Position numbers and translations under genes: made by a program
Shown: in pieces, positions 1 through 7,398 of the stretch
Layout: each line of letters opens with the position of its first letter
Numbering within the stretch: position 1 is the first letter of the stretch
DNA from: a virus
Lineage: Duplodnaviria; Heunggongvirae; Uroviricota; Caudoviricetes
Length of the DNA stretch: 42,125 nt
Virus record (IMG/VR): IMGVR_UViG_2651869821_000001
Reading direction: 5' to 3' (one strand)
Notes under the pieces: generated by a model
What the model saw: only the letters and a program-made list of their open reading frames with translations
What the model was told of the DNA's origin: nothing
Database searches by the model: none

Positions 1-78
1 CGCTCTTCGGGGCGCTTGTTTGCTTATGGAGAGGTACAACATCATTCATTTTCCTCGGTTTTAAAACCGTATTCCCCT

Positions 79-651
79 TTATCCGTTCTGCACTTCGCGG
101 ATGCGTTTAATCACGAATTCCCGAAGTTCGCTTAATGCGTTTGCTTCGTTCCCCAGCTTCGAGATAGACATCTCAAGCGCATTGCTATACCAGGCCAGTT
201 GAGGCAGGTTCATGTGATTATGATTGAGGGTAGGTACAACCTCTACAGCCTCGTTTTTTTCCTGCGTCAACGAGAACATATTCATTTCTTCCATAGTGGC
301 GAACTCACCCACAATAACCGGCTGGTGGTCTGGTCGCTGTGGCTGTCTAATGAGGACAAACGGCGGTTCTGTCGAGTACAGGAATGTCGGTTCAGCGCGT
401 TTTTTTACCCATTCAGCTTGTTTCTTTTCTGCCAGTTCACAGGCTTCATCATACGTATCAGCTACACCCAAGAAAGAAGAGCGATCCCATGATCCGCCAT
501 TAAGACAACGCACCATAATTTTTCCGTCAGGTTGAGTAAGCCCATACGGATGGTCCCACCAGGCGTCGAGCTGTCTCTTAGAACGTTTGTCGTTTGGTGT
601 TATGTCAAAATTTGCCGGTAGTTTAGGGTCCAATGGAATGCAGTTAGGCAT
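79..651 (-). CDS. Hypothetical protein (190 aa)
   Basis: Long ORF with a globular-looking composition (RCLNGGSWDR motif), divergent from 814..1008. No function recognised. Confidence 0.75.
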   Translation of the reverse strand: MPNCIPLDPKLPANFDITPNDKRSKRQLDAWWDHPYGLTQPDGKIMVRCLNGGSWDRSSFLGVADTYDEACELAEKKQAEWVKKRAEPTFLYSTEPPFVLIRQPQRPDHQPVIVGEFATMEEMNMFSLTQEKNEAVEVVPTLNHNHMNLPQLAWYSNALEMSISKLGNEANALSELREFVIKRIREVQNG

Positions 652-731
652 AAATATCCCTTTCCGAGAGTGTTATCCTCACAGAATACCCTGAAAAGAC
701 TTTCTGATAACGTGAGATTCCAAACATAATT

Positions 732-776
732 AAATAATTTGTTTGTATTGACAAGCAAACTTAAAGCTTTAATATC
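732..776 (+). promoter_or_regulatory. Operator-like palindrome AAATA-ATT-TGTTT next to a sigma70-like promoter
   Basis: Palindrome at 732-744, TTGACA at 748-753, TAATAT at 770-775 (16 bp spacer), upstream of 814..1008. Confidence 0.55.
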
Positions 777-813
777 GCTCACATGGCGCTAAAACTGGAG
801 ATAAGGAAGGAAA

Positions 814-1008
814 ATGAAAGGGAAACGCGATCCTCGCAGTCTGAATCCTCTCAAAGAGGCCGTACCGGCGACGGCCCAGATACAGATGCGCGTTACCCCT
901 GATCGCAAAAACCGGTATGTCCGGCAAGCACAAGCAGAAGGACTGAAACTAACCGACTGGATTCAGAAGCATATGGACAACGTTTGTAACGACGCGGGGG
1001 CAGCCTGA
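814..1008 (+). CDS. Small ribbon-helix-helix-like DNA-binding protein
   Basis: RBS AAGGAAGG. The segment TAQIQMRVTPDRKNRYVRQAQAEGLKLTDWIQKHM fits the beta-helix-helix RHH pattern. Confidence 0.65.
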   Translation: MKGKRDPRSLNPLKEAVPATAQIQMRVTPDRKNRYVRQAQAEGLKLTDWIQKHMDNVCNDAGAA

Positions 1009-1040
1009 TACCACGCCATACACTATGAATGAACGAATAG

Positions 1041-1274
1041 ATGAAAAAAACAAAATTTAAAAACCTGTTGCCGCGAACCGAGGCTATTGCCTCCTTAGAG
1101 GTCGGTGATTCCATTCTGTTAGCTCCATATAACGATGGAGAGTACGCTCGCGAGCAGGCCAGTATCAAATCAGCAGCAGTGCGCAAAGGTATGCACGTAG
1201 CACTGAAACAGGTGATGGTGGTCATTGAAGGTGAAGTGGTTCAATACATGATCCGCGTAACCAGGATAAAGTAA
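1041..1274 (+). CDS. Hypothetical protein (77 aa)
   Basis: ATG ORF in tandem with 814..1008, with an LEVGDS...IRVTR pattern typical of small phage proteins. Confidence 0.65.
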   Translation: MKKTKFKNLLPRTEAIASLEVGDSILLAPYNDGEYAREQASIKSAAVRKGMHVALKQVMVVIEGEVVQYMIRVTRIK

Positions 1275-1333
1275 AAAATCTGCTGGGCATATTTCTTGTA
1301 GTCACTTCATACCTCGCATTAACGCAACACCGT

Positions 1334-1402
1334 AAACATTTTGTTTTCTACCTTTTGTTGTTTTAGATAATAAAGCACATAAGAAAATAAGTTGTTTAGG
1401 AG
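1334..1402 (+). promoter_or_regulatory. Repeated promoter cassette, copy A (two AAACA-N3-TGTTT-type operators flanking GATAAT)
   Basis: AAACATTTTGTTT at 1334-1346, GATAAT at 1366-1371, AAATAAGTTGTTT at 1385-1397, then AGGAG RBS. Confidence 0.7.
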
Positions 1403-1408
1403 ATTTCG

Positions 1409-1651
1409 ATGTTTGGAACAGCAAAAGTGATTATCGAGAGACTGGATAAATACCCAGAAGATGAGCCGTTGTTGATGGTTATGTGGCAAAAGGAAGACGT
1501 TGCTCAAGGGCACCCAGATCTGACAGACGAACAGTGTATTAAGGTGATGCGCAAAATTAAACACGGCCATGAAGTTAACGTAGACGTAAATTGGGATGTC
1601 ATTTCTGATACGGCAGACACCCTGTTTCAGAAGGTGAAGGTGCCATGCTGA
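1409..1651 (+). CDS. Hypothetical protein (80 aa)
   Basis: Strong RBS (AGGAG) downstream of the cassette; overlaps the next ORF. Confidence 0.75.
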   Translation: MFGTAKVIIERLDKYPEDEPLLMVMWQKEDVAQGHPDLTDEQCIKVMRKIKHGHEVNVDVNWDVISDTADTLFQKVKVPC

Positions 1652-1962
1652 AAATCACCGAATCCTATAAGACCGCTGTGATTAGTACCGCCCACGTTAC
1701 GGCCAAAGACTCCGAACTTTTGCCTGTCGCTTGTTTTGACCCACTCACTGATCGCGGACTTAATTGGGTACACGGCACAGAATACGGATGGATAGTCCGA
1801 GCAGGAATGCGGGGAAACGACTGGAAAGAAGAGCTGAATGAGTTAGGCATCTCGGAAGATACGATCGCCAATATTCAAACCATACTTGATGCTGGGTATG
1901 ATTCGGTACACTTTGATCGCGACGCCGAGCTGGTGGATGGACTCGCCTCATGGGACTGGTGA
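1645..1962 (+). CDS. Hypothetical protein, DUF5983-like
   Basis: Overlaps the previous gene. STAHVT...VHFDRDA...WDW pattern recalled from plasmid/phage DUF5983 proteins. Confidence 0.7.
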   Translation: MLKITESYKTAVISTAHVTAKDSELLPVACFDPLTDRGLNWVHGTEYGWIVRAGMRGNDWKEELNELGISEDTIANIQTILDAGYDSVHFDRDAELVDGLASWDW

Positions 1963-2003
1963 CCTGTGTTAAAATATGCTTTTCATATTGAGAGCAGACA
2001 ACC

Positions 2004-2189
2004 ATGTTTAATAAGGATTCTTACCTATATCAGTGTATCGAGATGAGAGGGGTAGTTCCCACCCCTAAAACTATCCACGATATCTTCATGCAACTAACGC
2101 CAGAATTGCGACAAAAAATTAGTGCCTGGGGTGTTAACGATCAGTCACTCAAAGAACAAATTAACGACGAGCTTGATAATCTGATTTAG
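2004..2189 (+). CDS. Hypothetical protein (61 aa)
   Basis: ATG ORF continuing the + strand operon with a GAGAG RBS-like sequence. Confidence 0.6.
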   Translation: MFNKDSYLYQCIEMRGVVPTPKTIHDIFMQLTPELRQKISAWGVNDQSLKEQINDELDNLI

Positions 2190-2587
2190 TCACATCGTTG
2201 ATATTGGCGGTCATAGTTTGATGATTTCTATAAGAGTTTGTTGATCGCCACTCTCCCCTACTCTTAATACGACTCAAGCCAGGCGTGGCAAGACATTTAA
2301 GCTAATAACACCACCAAGAAAACAAATGAATAACACATCAATGAAAAGTCAATGCTTTCTACTGGTTTGGTCTAAAAAGTTGACGTTTGCACAAGCCATC
2401 TCTTATACCATGAATCCTGAGCGACAGGAGCCACTTCCCTGCGACGTTTACATCTAAAACGACTCATGATACCACCCAAAAAAAGACACGCTCAGAAGCG
2501 CTCTCGTTGCTTTATATTCAATGTTTAAACAACTTGTTTTCAGGCATAAGAAAATAAATTAATTACACCTACGGGAAATCAAGAAAC

Positions 2588-2967
2588 GCCATTACCCACA
2601 ATCCCGCAAAGACCCACCTCTTATTGTCAGGCTACCTAAAATACCAACCTCTTCCATCAAGGCTACCGACCACCCACCTAACCCTCCCAGGCAACAGAAA
2701 GCGCAGCTCGCACACGTAAACCCCTACACGCCATTGTCTAATACACGGAGAATAAAAGTCGGAACGAAATACCCGGATAAACCCAGACCAGAACAGGAAC
2801 CTTCGCTATCTCGCTGACCCACCATTATTAATGAAGAGCGCAAACTCCTGAAAACAGGGAACGCCATTACTCCATATACGAAAACAAGAAAAGCACCCAC
2901 TGCCATTACCCACACTTCCATCAACTCACGTAAACGAAGAGAAAATTGCACCTGCCATTACTCCATA
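2588..2967 (+). repeat. Four direct repeats GCCATTAC(CCACA/TCCATA)
   Basis: GCCATTACCCACA at 2588 and 2902; GCCATTACTCCATA at 2863 and 2954. Confidence 0.75.
2617..2665 (+). repeat. Tandem pair of CCTCTT-N6-AGGCTA motifs (locus 1)
   Basis: Exact copies start at 2617 and 2648 (31 bp period); a degenerate third copy lies near 2677-2694. Confidence 0.75.
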
Positions 2968-3353
2968 CTCGGAGAAGAAAACTCAGCAAAACGAAGATAA
3001 CCACCAGGACGAAAATACAGAGAAGAACCATCTCAAGAAGAACGAAAATACATACGCCGGCAGAGAGAGTAAACCACCCATTTCACACACCGAAATAGTC
3101 TCCCTATGGAGCGTTATCAGAAGGAAGATTTGCACCTCCACAGGAGAGAAAAACAGTAGAGATATAACTGTCGATAAGAGCTTTTCGAGAGAGATATATA
3201 AGTGAGAGGGGTAGGAGGGGGATCGCTACTTTCTCCGCATTTATTAAACCCATAGTATCCATACCCTTAACATCCCTTCGGTCGGACGAGTGATAGAACC
3301 ACCGCGAGAATCAACGATGGTGTCCAGAAGGCGAAAGGCTGGCTGCCTGACTG

Positions 3354-3382
3354 GAAACGGCCAGAAAATTTTCGGGAAACGG
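3354..3382 (+). repeat. 29-bp direct repeat, copy 1 (GAAACGGCCAGAAAATTTTCGGGAAACGG)
   Basis: Identical to 6394-6422; similarity continues about 17 bp further with a few mismatches. Confidence 0.9.
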
Positions 3383-3680
3383 CTGGGTTCCCGTCATGGA
3401 AAGGGTGTGTGTCGGTATAGAGATAAAATGCCGATGGGACGGCTGATTGTATGGCGGTACACCGTTGGGTTGAGGTTGGTTTCTTCCCGCTGCGTGCAGA
3501 TGCTGAACTCTATTCTGCCAGACCATCTTCTGGTCTCAAGTTATTTCAGTAGGTTTTCGGGGAGAAGAATATTCTGCGCAATGGTCTGCGGGGTGTGATA
3601 AACGGAATAATGTAAAAAGTTAGTGCCGTGGTGAACTTAACTGTTCGCTCTAAAACCTCTTTTTCCCGACACAAAATTCT

Positions 3681-3733
3681 TTTTTACCTGTTTGTTATTG
3701 CGATAATAACTCCATCAAGAAAACAACATGTTT
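3681..3733 (+). promoter_or_regulatory. Repeated promoter cassette, copy B
   Basis: TTTTTACCT at 3681, extended -10 TGcGATAAT at 3699-3707, operator AAACAACATGTTT at 3721-3733. Confidence 0.7.
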
Positions 3734-3746
3734 AGAAAAAGGATAA

Positions 3747-3965
3747 ATGATGGATCTGCCCGTGATTGTGGAAGTCTGGAGCGTCGACTCTCTCGCTGAA
3801 TGTCTGGATGCTGTAGGGCCGGAACTGTATCGCAAGCTGTGGTCGTTCGTCCCTGCAGAAGGGGAATCACCCAAAGGGAAGGATATCTGGCACCTGCTTA
3901 CGGAAGAAGAGAAACGTGAGTTGGTGGTCGCAATAAAAGAGGAATTCCCTGACGAAGAATGTTAA
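3747..3965 (+). CDS. Hypothetical acidic protein (72 aa)
   Basis: AAGGA RBS directly after cassette B, followed by a hairpin. Confidence 0.75.
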   Translation: MMDLPVIVEVWSVDSLAECLDAVGPELYRKLWSFVPAEGESPKGKDIWHLLTEEEKRELVVAIKEEFPDEEC

Positions 3966-3970
3966 GAGAT

Positions 3971-3992
3971 AGGCCACCTGCTGGTGACTTTT
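3971..3992 (+). terminator. Hairpin AGGCCACC-TGCT-GGTGACTT, probable terminator
   Basis: Imperfect stem just after the stop at 3965; a related hairpin occurs at 5621-5642. Confidence 0.5.
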
Positions 3993-4025
3993 GAGTGATT
4001 GTGGCCTGCGGTCAGCTGAATGCCG

Positions 4026-4097
4026 GAACGCTTCGTTTGGTGGCCGTTTTCACACTGGTATTATTTACACCAACAAGAAAACAAGTTGTTTACGGAG
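4026..4097 (+). promoter_or_regulatory. Repeated promoter cassette, copy C
   Basis: Degenerate GAACG-CTT-CGTTT at 4026, TGgTATTAT extended -10, CACCAACAAG, operator AAACAAGTTGTTT at 4079-4091, GGAG RBS. Confidence 0.7.
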
Positions 4098-4103
4098 TGT
4101 GTA

Positions 4104-4415
4104 ATGAATACCGAGATGATTTTGAAGCTGGATAAACTCCAGCCTCGCAAAGACAAACCTGCAGTAATCGGTTCGATCACTTTACTGGACATTATGGCCA
4201 ACGGCACAGCCATCCGACTTTTCAAAGAGACCGTTGTCGTATTCGGCGAAACTTCTCGCAAGCGCATCGTAATGAACGTCCGGCGCCATAGTGGGAAAGG
4301 CTGGGTGGCTAAACAAGTTATCTGGCCTGAGTCAGATCTGGAGTTGGCTTTACTGGAAGTTAACAAGGTCGCCCAGCAGGAAATTCAACGCGCAACAACC
4401 CTCGCCATAGCATAG
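4104..4415 (+). CDS. Hypothetical protein (103 aa)
   Basis: Start moved from 4020 to the ATG at 4104, which follows the GGAG RBS and the cassette; a terminator follows. Confidence 0.75.
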   Translation: MNTEMILKLDKLQPRKDKPAVIGSITLLDIMANGTAIRLFKETVVVFGETSRKRIVMNVRRHSGKGWVAKQVIWPESDLELALLEVNKVAQQEIQRATTLAIA

Positions 4416-4449
4416 TCATGTGCAACACCTATTAGTCGAATTTACGACA

Positions 4450-4475
4450 GCCCCGTCGATCCTTCGGGGTTTTTT
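4450..4475 (+). terminator. Intrinsic terminator
   Basis: CCCCG...CGGGG stem followed by a T6 run. Confidence 0.7.
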
Positions 4476-4481
4476 GTATTG

Positions 4482-4502
4482 TAAGCACTTACCTATGATA
4501 AT
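4482..4502 (+). promoter_or_regulatory. TAAGTA-NN-TACTTA-family palindrome plus -10 (GATAAT)
   Basis: TAAGCACTTACCTA at 4482-4495 (reverse complement TAGGTAAGTGCTTA); GATAAT at 4497-4502. Confidence 0.55.
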
Positions 4503-4535
4503 AACATTACATCGACCAATAACAGGGAGTTGATT

Positions 4536-4931
4536 ATGAGTATTTTGCGTGAAAATCTGACAATGGATTTGTTTTATGCCTCCGGCAAAGCGGGAGACGC
4601 TAATGTCGCTCGTATTACCGTAGTCGTGAAAGATGCTTCAACCGGCATCGAGGTGCATATCAGTACGCTAACCCGTACAGGCGATGAGAAGAACGCCACA
4701 TATGCGGTTGGGTTACAGACTATAAGCGATGCATCTGACCCGATTTTGCTCAAACTTGAAACCTATTTCCGTAACGTTGATAAAGGCATGTTTGAGAAAT
4801 ACATGGCAAAATCTAATGAAGTATTCAAATCCAGTCTTAATCAAGGCAATACATGGTTAGGGCAATACGGATTACGAATTGCGTCAGGCGTGCTCGTTAG
4901 CGAGGAGCTGCCTGAAAGCGTATTCGCTTAA
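4536..4931 (+). CDS. Hypothetical protein (131 aa)
   Basis: GGGAG RBS and ATG at 4536 (the track start is TTG at 4530); a terminator follows. Confidence 0.75.
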   Translation: MSILRENLTMDLFYASGKAGDANVARITVVVKDASTGIEVHISTLTRTGDEKNATYAVGLQTISDASDPILLKLETYFRNVDKGMFEKYMAKSNEVFKSSLNQGNTWLGQYGLRIASGVLVSEELPESVFA

Positions 4932-4937
4932 TCCCTC

Positions 4938-4966
4938 AAGTGGCGCGTATCCCGCGCCACTTTCTT
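4938..4966 (+). terminator. Intrinsic terminator
   Basis: AAGTGGCGCG-TATCC-CGCGCCACTT 10-bp stem followed by TTCTT. Confidence 0.75.
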
Positions 4967-4974
4967 ATCCCCGA

Positions 4975-5038
4975 TAACAAAATGTTTTTTACCTTATCCG
5001 CATTGCGATAATTACACCAACAAGAAAACAAGATGTTT
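4975..5038 (+). promoter_or_regulatory. Repeated promoter cassette, copy D
   Basis: TAACAAAATGTTT at 4975, TTTTTACCT, TGcGATAAT at 5004-5012, CACCAACAAG, AAACAAGATGTTT at 5026-5038. Confidence 0.75.
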
Positions 5039-5051
5039 ACGCATTGAGGAT

Positions 5052-5339
5052 ATGCACATGACCGATTTCACTATCTCCCTTAAAGCTGAAAACGTGTGGC
5101 TGGAATCCTGGATCGACCTGTCGCCGGAAGAGCAGCAGGAAATGGATCACGTCGATTTCGATGAGCAGACCTACACTCGCTTCTTTCATTATCAGGACAG
5201 CGTGTATGACATTGCTGATTTCATGCGAGACGATCGTTTCCCTGAATGGCACGCAGGTTATCCGCTTAATGCCTTTGCTATGCTGATGATCCGCGTGACA
5301 GATTCAGGTGATTCAATCGATATCGCATTGCTGCATTAA
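5052..5339 (+). CDS. Hypothetical acidic protein (95 aa)
   Basis: GAGGA RBS after cassette D. Confidence 0.75.
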   Translation: MHMTDFTISLKAENVWLESWIDLSPEEQQEMDHVDFDEQTYTRFFHYQDSVYDIADFMRDDRFPEWHAGYPLNAFAMLMIRVTDSGDSIDIALLH

Positions 5340-5353
5340 GAGAGATTTTTACG

Positions 5354-5614
5354 ATGGCAAAATTAACCAGATCACAGGAGCGTGACCTGCAACGCGCAAT
5401 CTACGATCTTGAAAGAGGAATCGCTTATCTGCGACACCCCAAGACTGCGGTCTGCTATCGCCACGATTATCCCGCAACTACCACATCGGCGTATTCATCA
5501 CATGACGGGAAGACTTCACTTTCCCCCGTTTGCATCGACTATGGTTCGGATATTGTCGGCCTTTATGATGCGCTAAAAACCGTGAAAGAGTTCGTTGCAG
5601 CACATAGGAAGTAA
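5354..5614 (+). CDS. Hypothetical protein (86 aa)
   Basis: Co-oriented with the previous gene, AGAGAG RBS, followed by a hairpin. Confidence 0.7.
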   Translation: MAKLTRSQERDLQRAIYDLERGIAYLRHPKTAVCYRHDYPATTTSAYSSHDGKTSLSPVCIDYGSDIVGLYDALKTVKEFVAAHRK

Positions 5615-5620
5615 CGATAT

Positions 5621-5642
5621 AGGCCACCAATGCTGGTGGCCT
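5621..5642 (+). terminator. Hairpin AGGCCACCA-ATGC-TGGTGGCCT (contains Chi GCTGGTGG)
   Basis: Perfect 9-bp stem after the stop at 5614; Chi octamer at 5632-5639. Confidence 0.55.
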
Positions 5643-5653
5643 TAAACAACCAT

Positions 5654-5699
5654 CCTCTTTCCCGTAGGCTAAAATCACCCACCTCTTACCGCCAGGCTA
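5654..5699 (+). repeat. Tandem pair of CCTCTT-N6-AGGCTA motifs (locus 2)
   Basis: Exact copies start at 5654 and 5682 (28 bp period). Confidence 0.75.
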
Positions 5700-5736
5700 C
5701 CGAACTATCCAGTCAACCGCAGGCCATAATCTGCCG

Positions 5737-5807
5737 TAACAAAACGTTTTGATGCCTCACACACATAGCGATAATTATCACCAATAAGAAAACAAATTGT
5801 TTAGAGG
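5737..5807 (+). promoter_or_regulatory. Repeated promoter cassette, copy E
   Basis: TAACAAAACGTTT at 5737, GCGATAAT, CACCAATAAG, AAACAAATTGTTT at 5790-5802, GAGG RBS. Confidence 0.75.
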
Positions 5808-5816
5808 ATTATCACC

Positions 5817-6299
5817 ATGAATTTTATCGCTACCGTAAACACCCCGGTTCATGGCTCTATTTTTGTGACTTTCTCAGATATAGACAAGACAGTCATTGGC
5901 GCCTGGCGTGACAATGTAACCATCGAGCTGTCCGGGAAAGAGAAACAGCAGATCACCAATGACATTATCTGCAACCGTCGCCATAAGCGCGTATTTGAGA
6001 AAGCGTATGTCTCCACTTCGGGATTTGGCGTATTCATCTTCCCGGTACGCAGCGGTCGCTTCTGCCAGTCTAAACTCATCGATTTCGCCACTCAGATCGC
6101 TTTATGGGTTAAAACGGAATCCGGATTCAACTTTACCGAACAGGAAGCTGTGGGGGAGGGGATGCGCATTGCCAACAACGCCATCAAGTGCAAAAACGTT
6201 ACCTACGAAGCAGGAATCGACTCGTGGAGTGTCTCGTGCGGGGAATACGTGAAAGAGGTGTACTGGAAGAACCGCATTCATATCCTGACTGGCAGATAA
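5817..6299 (+). CDS. Hypothetical protein (160 aa)
   Basis: GAGGA RBS after cassette E, followed by a GC-rich hairpin and T-run. Confidence 0.8.
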   Translation: MNFIATVNTPVHGSIFVTFSDIDKTVIGAWRDNVTIELSGKEKQQITNDIICNRRHKRVFEKAYVSTSGFGVFIFPVRSGRFCQSKLIDFATQIALWVKTESGFNFTEQEAVGEGMRIANNAIKCKNVTYEAGIDSWSVSCGEYVKEVYWKNRIHILTGR

Positions 6300-6334
6300 G
6301 AGGGGAGGGGCTGGAAGCGCCCCCTCTCTTTTCT
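6299..6334 (+). terminator. Probable intrinsic terminator
   Basis: GAGGGG...CCCCTC stem followed by TCTTTTCTT. Confidence 0.5.
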
Positions 6335-6393
6335 TCAATCAACTGCCGCAGGGAACTTCAGGAACGGCCAGATTACATTCGAACAATCCAACA

Positions 6394-6422
6394 GAAACGG
6401 CCAGAAAATTTTCGGGAAACGG
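6394..6422 (+). repeat. 29-bp direct repeat, copy 2
   Basis: Identical to 3354-3382; a partial GAACGGCCAGA lies upstream at 6362. Confidence 0.9.
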
Positions 6423-6819
6423 TTGGGGTCGCCTCATGGGAAAAATTTGTATAGAGGGAGACGAACAATTGTCACCAACCGGTGGACGTGAGCTGTTTTT
6501 GCGCATACGCCCAGCGCTACGATCTGCTATGTGTAAGTTAACCACTGTTAGCGCGTACACGTTGCGCCAACGTGATAATGATACGCGAGCGCCAACGTAT
6601 AACGCCATTATTGCCGCCACGTCCCGAAGGATGGCGTGAACGCGTCGCCAGATTAGCACGCCAACGACACAACAAAACAGCACCATTACAACCGCTGCGG
6701 GCCTCGCATTTTAAGCGTTTTTATATGTTGGCTATGGGTATGTATAGCTGTATGTGAAAACTAGCGAGGGTAACGCGTTTATGGCGCTTATTTTTGGTGT
6801 GAATGAGTGAGCGCCAGAT

Positions 6820-6848
6820 AAAAGAAAACGCGCCAACAATGGCGCGTT
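6820..6848 (-). terminator. Intrinsic terminator (minus strand, second of a tandem pair)
   Basis: AACGCGCCA-ACAA-TGGCGCGTT with an A-rich run on its left. Confidence 0.65.
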
Positions 6849-6869
6849 ATGGTGTGAGTATTGAAAACG

Positions 6870-6893
6870 AAAAAAGCGCCCATAGTGGACGCT
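6870..6893 (-). terminator. Intrinsic terminator (minus strand)
   Basis: AGCGCCCA-TAG-TGGACGCT preceded by A6 on the + strand, immediately after the stop of 6899..7126. Confidence 0.65.
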
Positions 6894-6898
6894 TGATT

Positions 6899-7126
6899 TT
6901 ATTGATGTAAACTTATTTTAAATCCCATTTCAATAAACGCTTTAAACATTAAAAGTATATCAGCGTTGTTGATTCCAATATCAGAACGCTCAATATCATT
7001 TAATAAATCAATTTTACGCGTTGTTTCATCTATAAGCTCAACAGATCCAGCATAACCTGCGATCCCAGCAATATCATTAACCCAATATTCATTGTGGACG
7101 TTAACGCCAGCGATAATAGTAAACAT
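6899..7126 (-). CDS. Hypothetical protein (75 aa)
   Basis: AGGGAC RBS; last gene of a minus-strand, AT-rich three-gene unit. Confidence 0.7.
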   Translation of the reverse strand: MFTIIAGVNVHNEYWVNDIAGIAGYAGSVELIDETTRKIDLLNDIERSDIGINNADILLMFKAFIEMGFKISLHQ

Positions 7127-7145
7127 GTTTAAGTCCCTTAAAAAA

Positions 7146-7349
7146 TTAAATAGAATTTTGAAGTTTTCCGATTAATGCGCTTAAACGTAAATATTCACGT
7201 TTGCGCTTGCAGTCTCGTTTGCTGTTAAGCAAATCAGTAAAAGTAAAATTGAGTTTATCGCGTTGCGCTTTTAGATCGTCGATTAATTCCAGTTTATAAG
7301 CGCGATACTTTGCGCGATACTCTTCGCGGATCTGGTCATAGCTGGTCAT
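7146..7349 (-). CDS. Hypothetical basic helical protein (~67 aa)
   Basis: The ATG at 7349 has a GGATAG RBS. The track start at 7376 lies inside a hairpin (GCGCCCAT-A-ATGGGCGC). Confidence 0.65.
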   Translation of the reverse strand: MTSYDQIREEYRAKYRAYKLELIDDLKAQRDKLNFTFTDLLNSKRDCKRKREYLRLSALIGKLQNSI

Positions 7350-7398
7350 GGCTTCTATCCTTAAACTAGCGCCCATAATGGGCGCCTAATCCGTCTAC

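Noticed and set aside
2204-2250. TGGCGGTCA...TGATCGCCA long-loop stem after the 61-aa gene
   Set aside because: A short imperfect stem with a large loop; insufficient evidence for an ncRNA or terminator.
2724-2951. 75-aa minus-strand ORF
   Set aside because: It starts at a non-ATG codon with no clear RBS. Its hydrophobic, VMA-repeating sequence follows from the A/C-rich strand skew and the GCCATTAC repeats.
3290-3598. Overlapping ORFs of 102 aa (+) and 71 aa (-)
   Set aside because: No good RBS or protein-like pattern. They overlap the 29-bp repeat and are probably chance ORFs.
4436-4480. Possible tRNA-like element (GTCGAAT/GTCGATCC)
   Set aside because: No cloverleaf or acceptor stem can be formed; it is a simple terminator. 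No tRNA was recognised anywhere in the window, though tRNAscan-SE would be needed to be sure.
1334-5807. CRISPR array or integron attC array
   Set aside because: The repeats are degenerate, irregularly spaced by whole genes and contain promoter and RBS features. No cas or integrase gene is present.
6188-6757. Several short ORFs across the CGCCA-rich gap
   Set aside because: Arg/Pro-rich low-complexity translations in conflicting frames with no RBS; explained by the repeats.
7121-7130. AAACATGTTT palindrome as an operator copy
   Set aside because: It lacks the 3-bp spacer and includes the start codon of 6899..7126, so it is probably coincidental.
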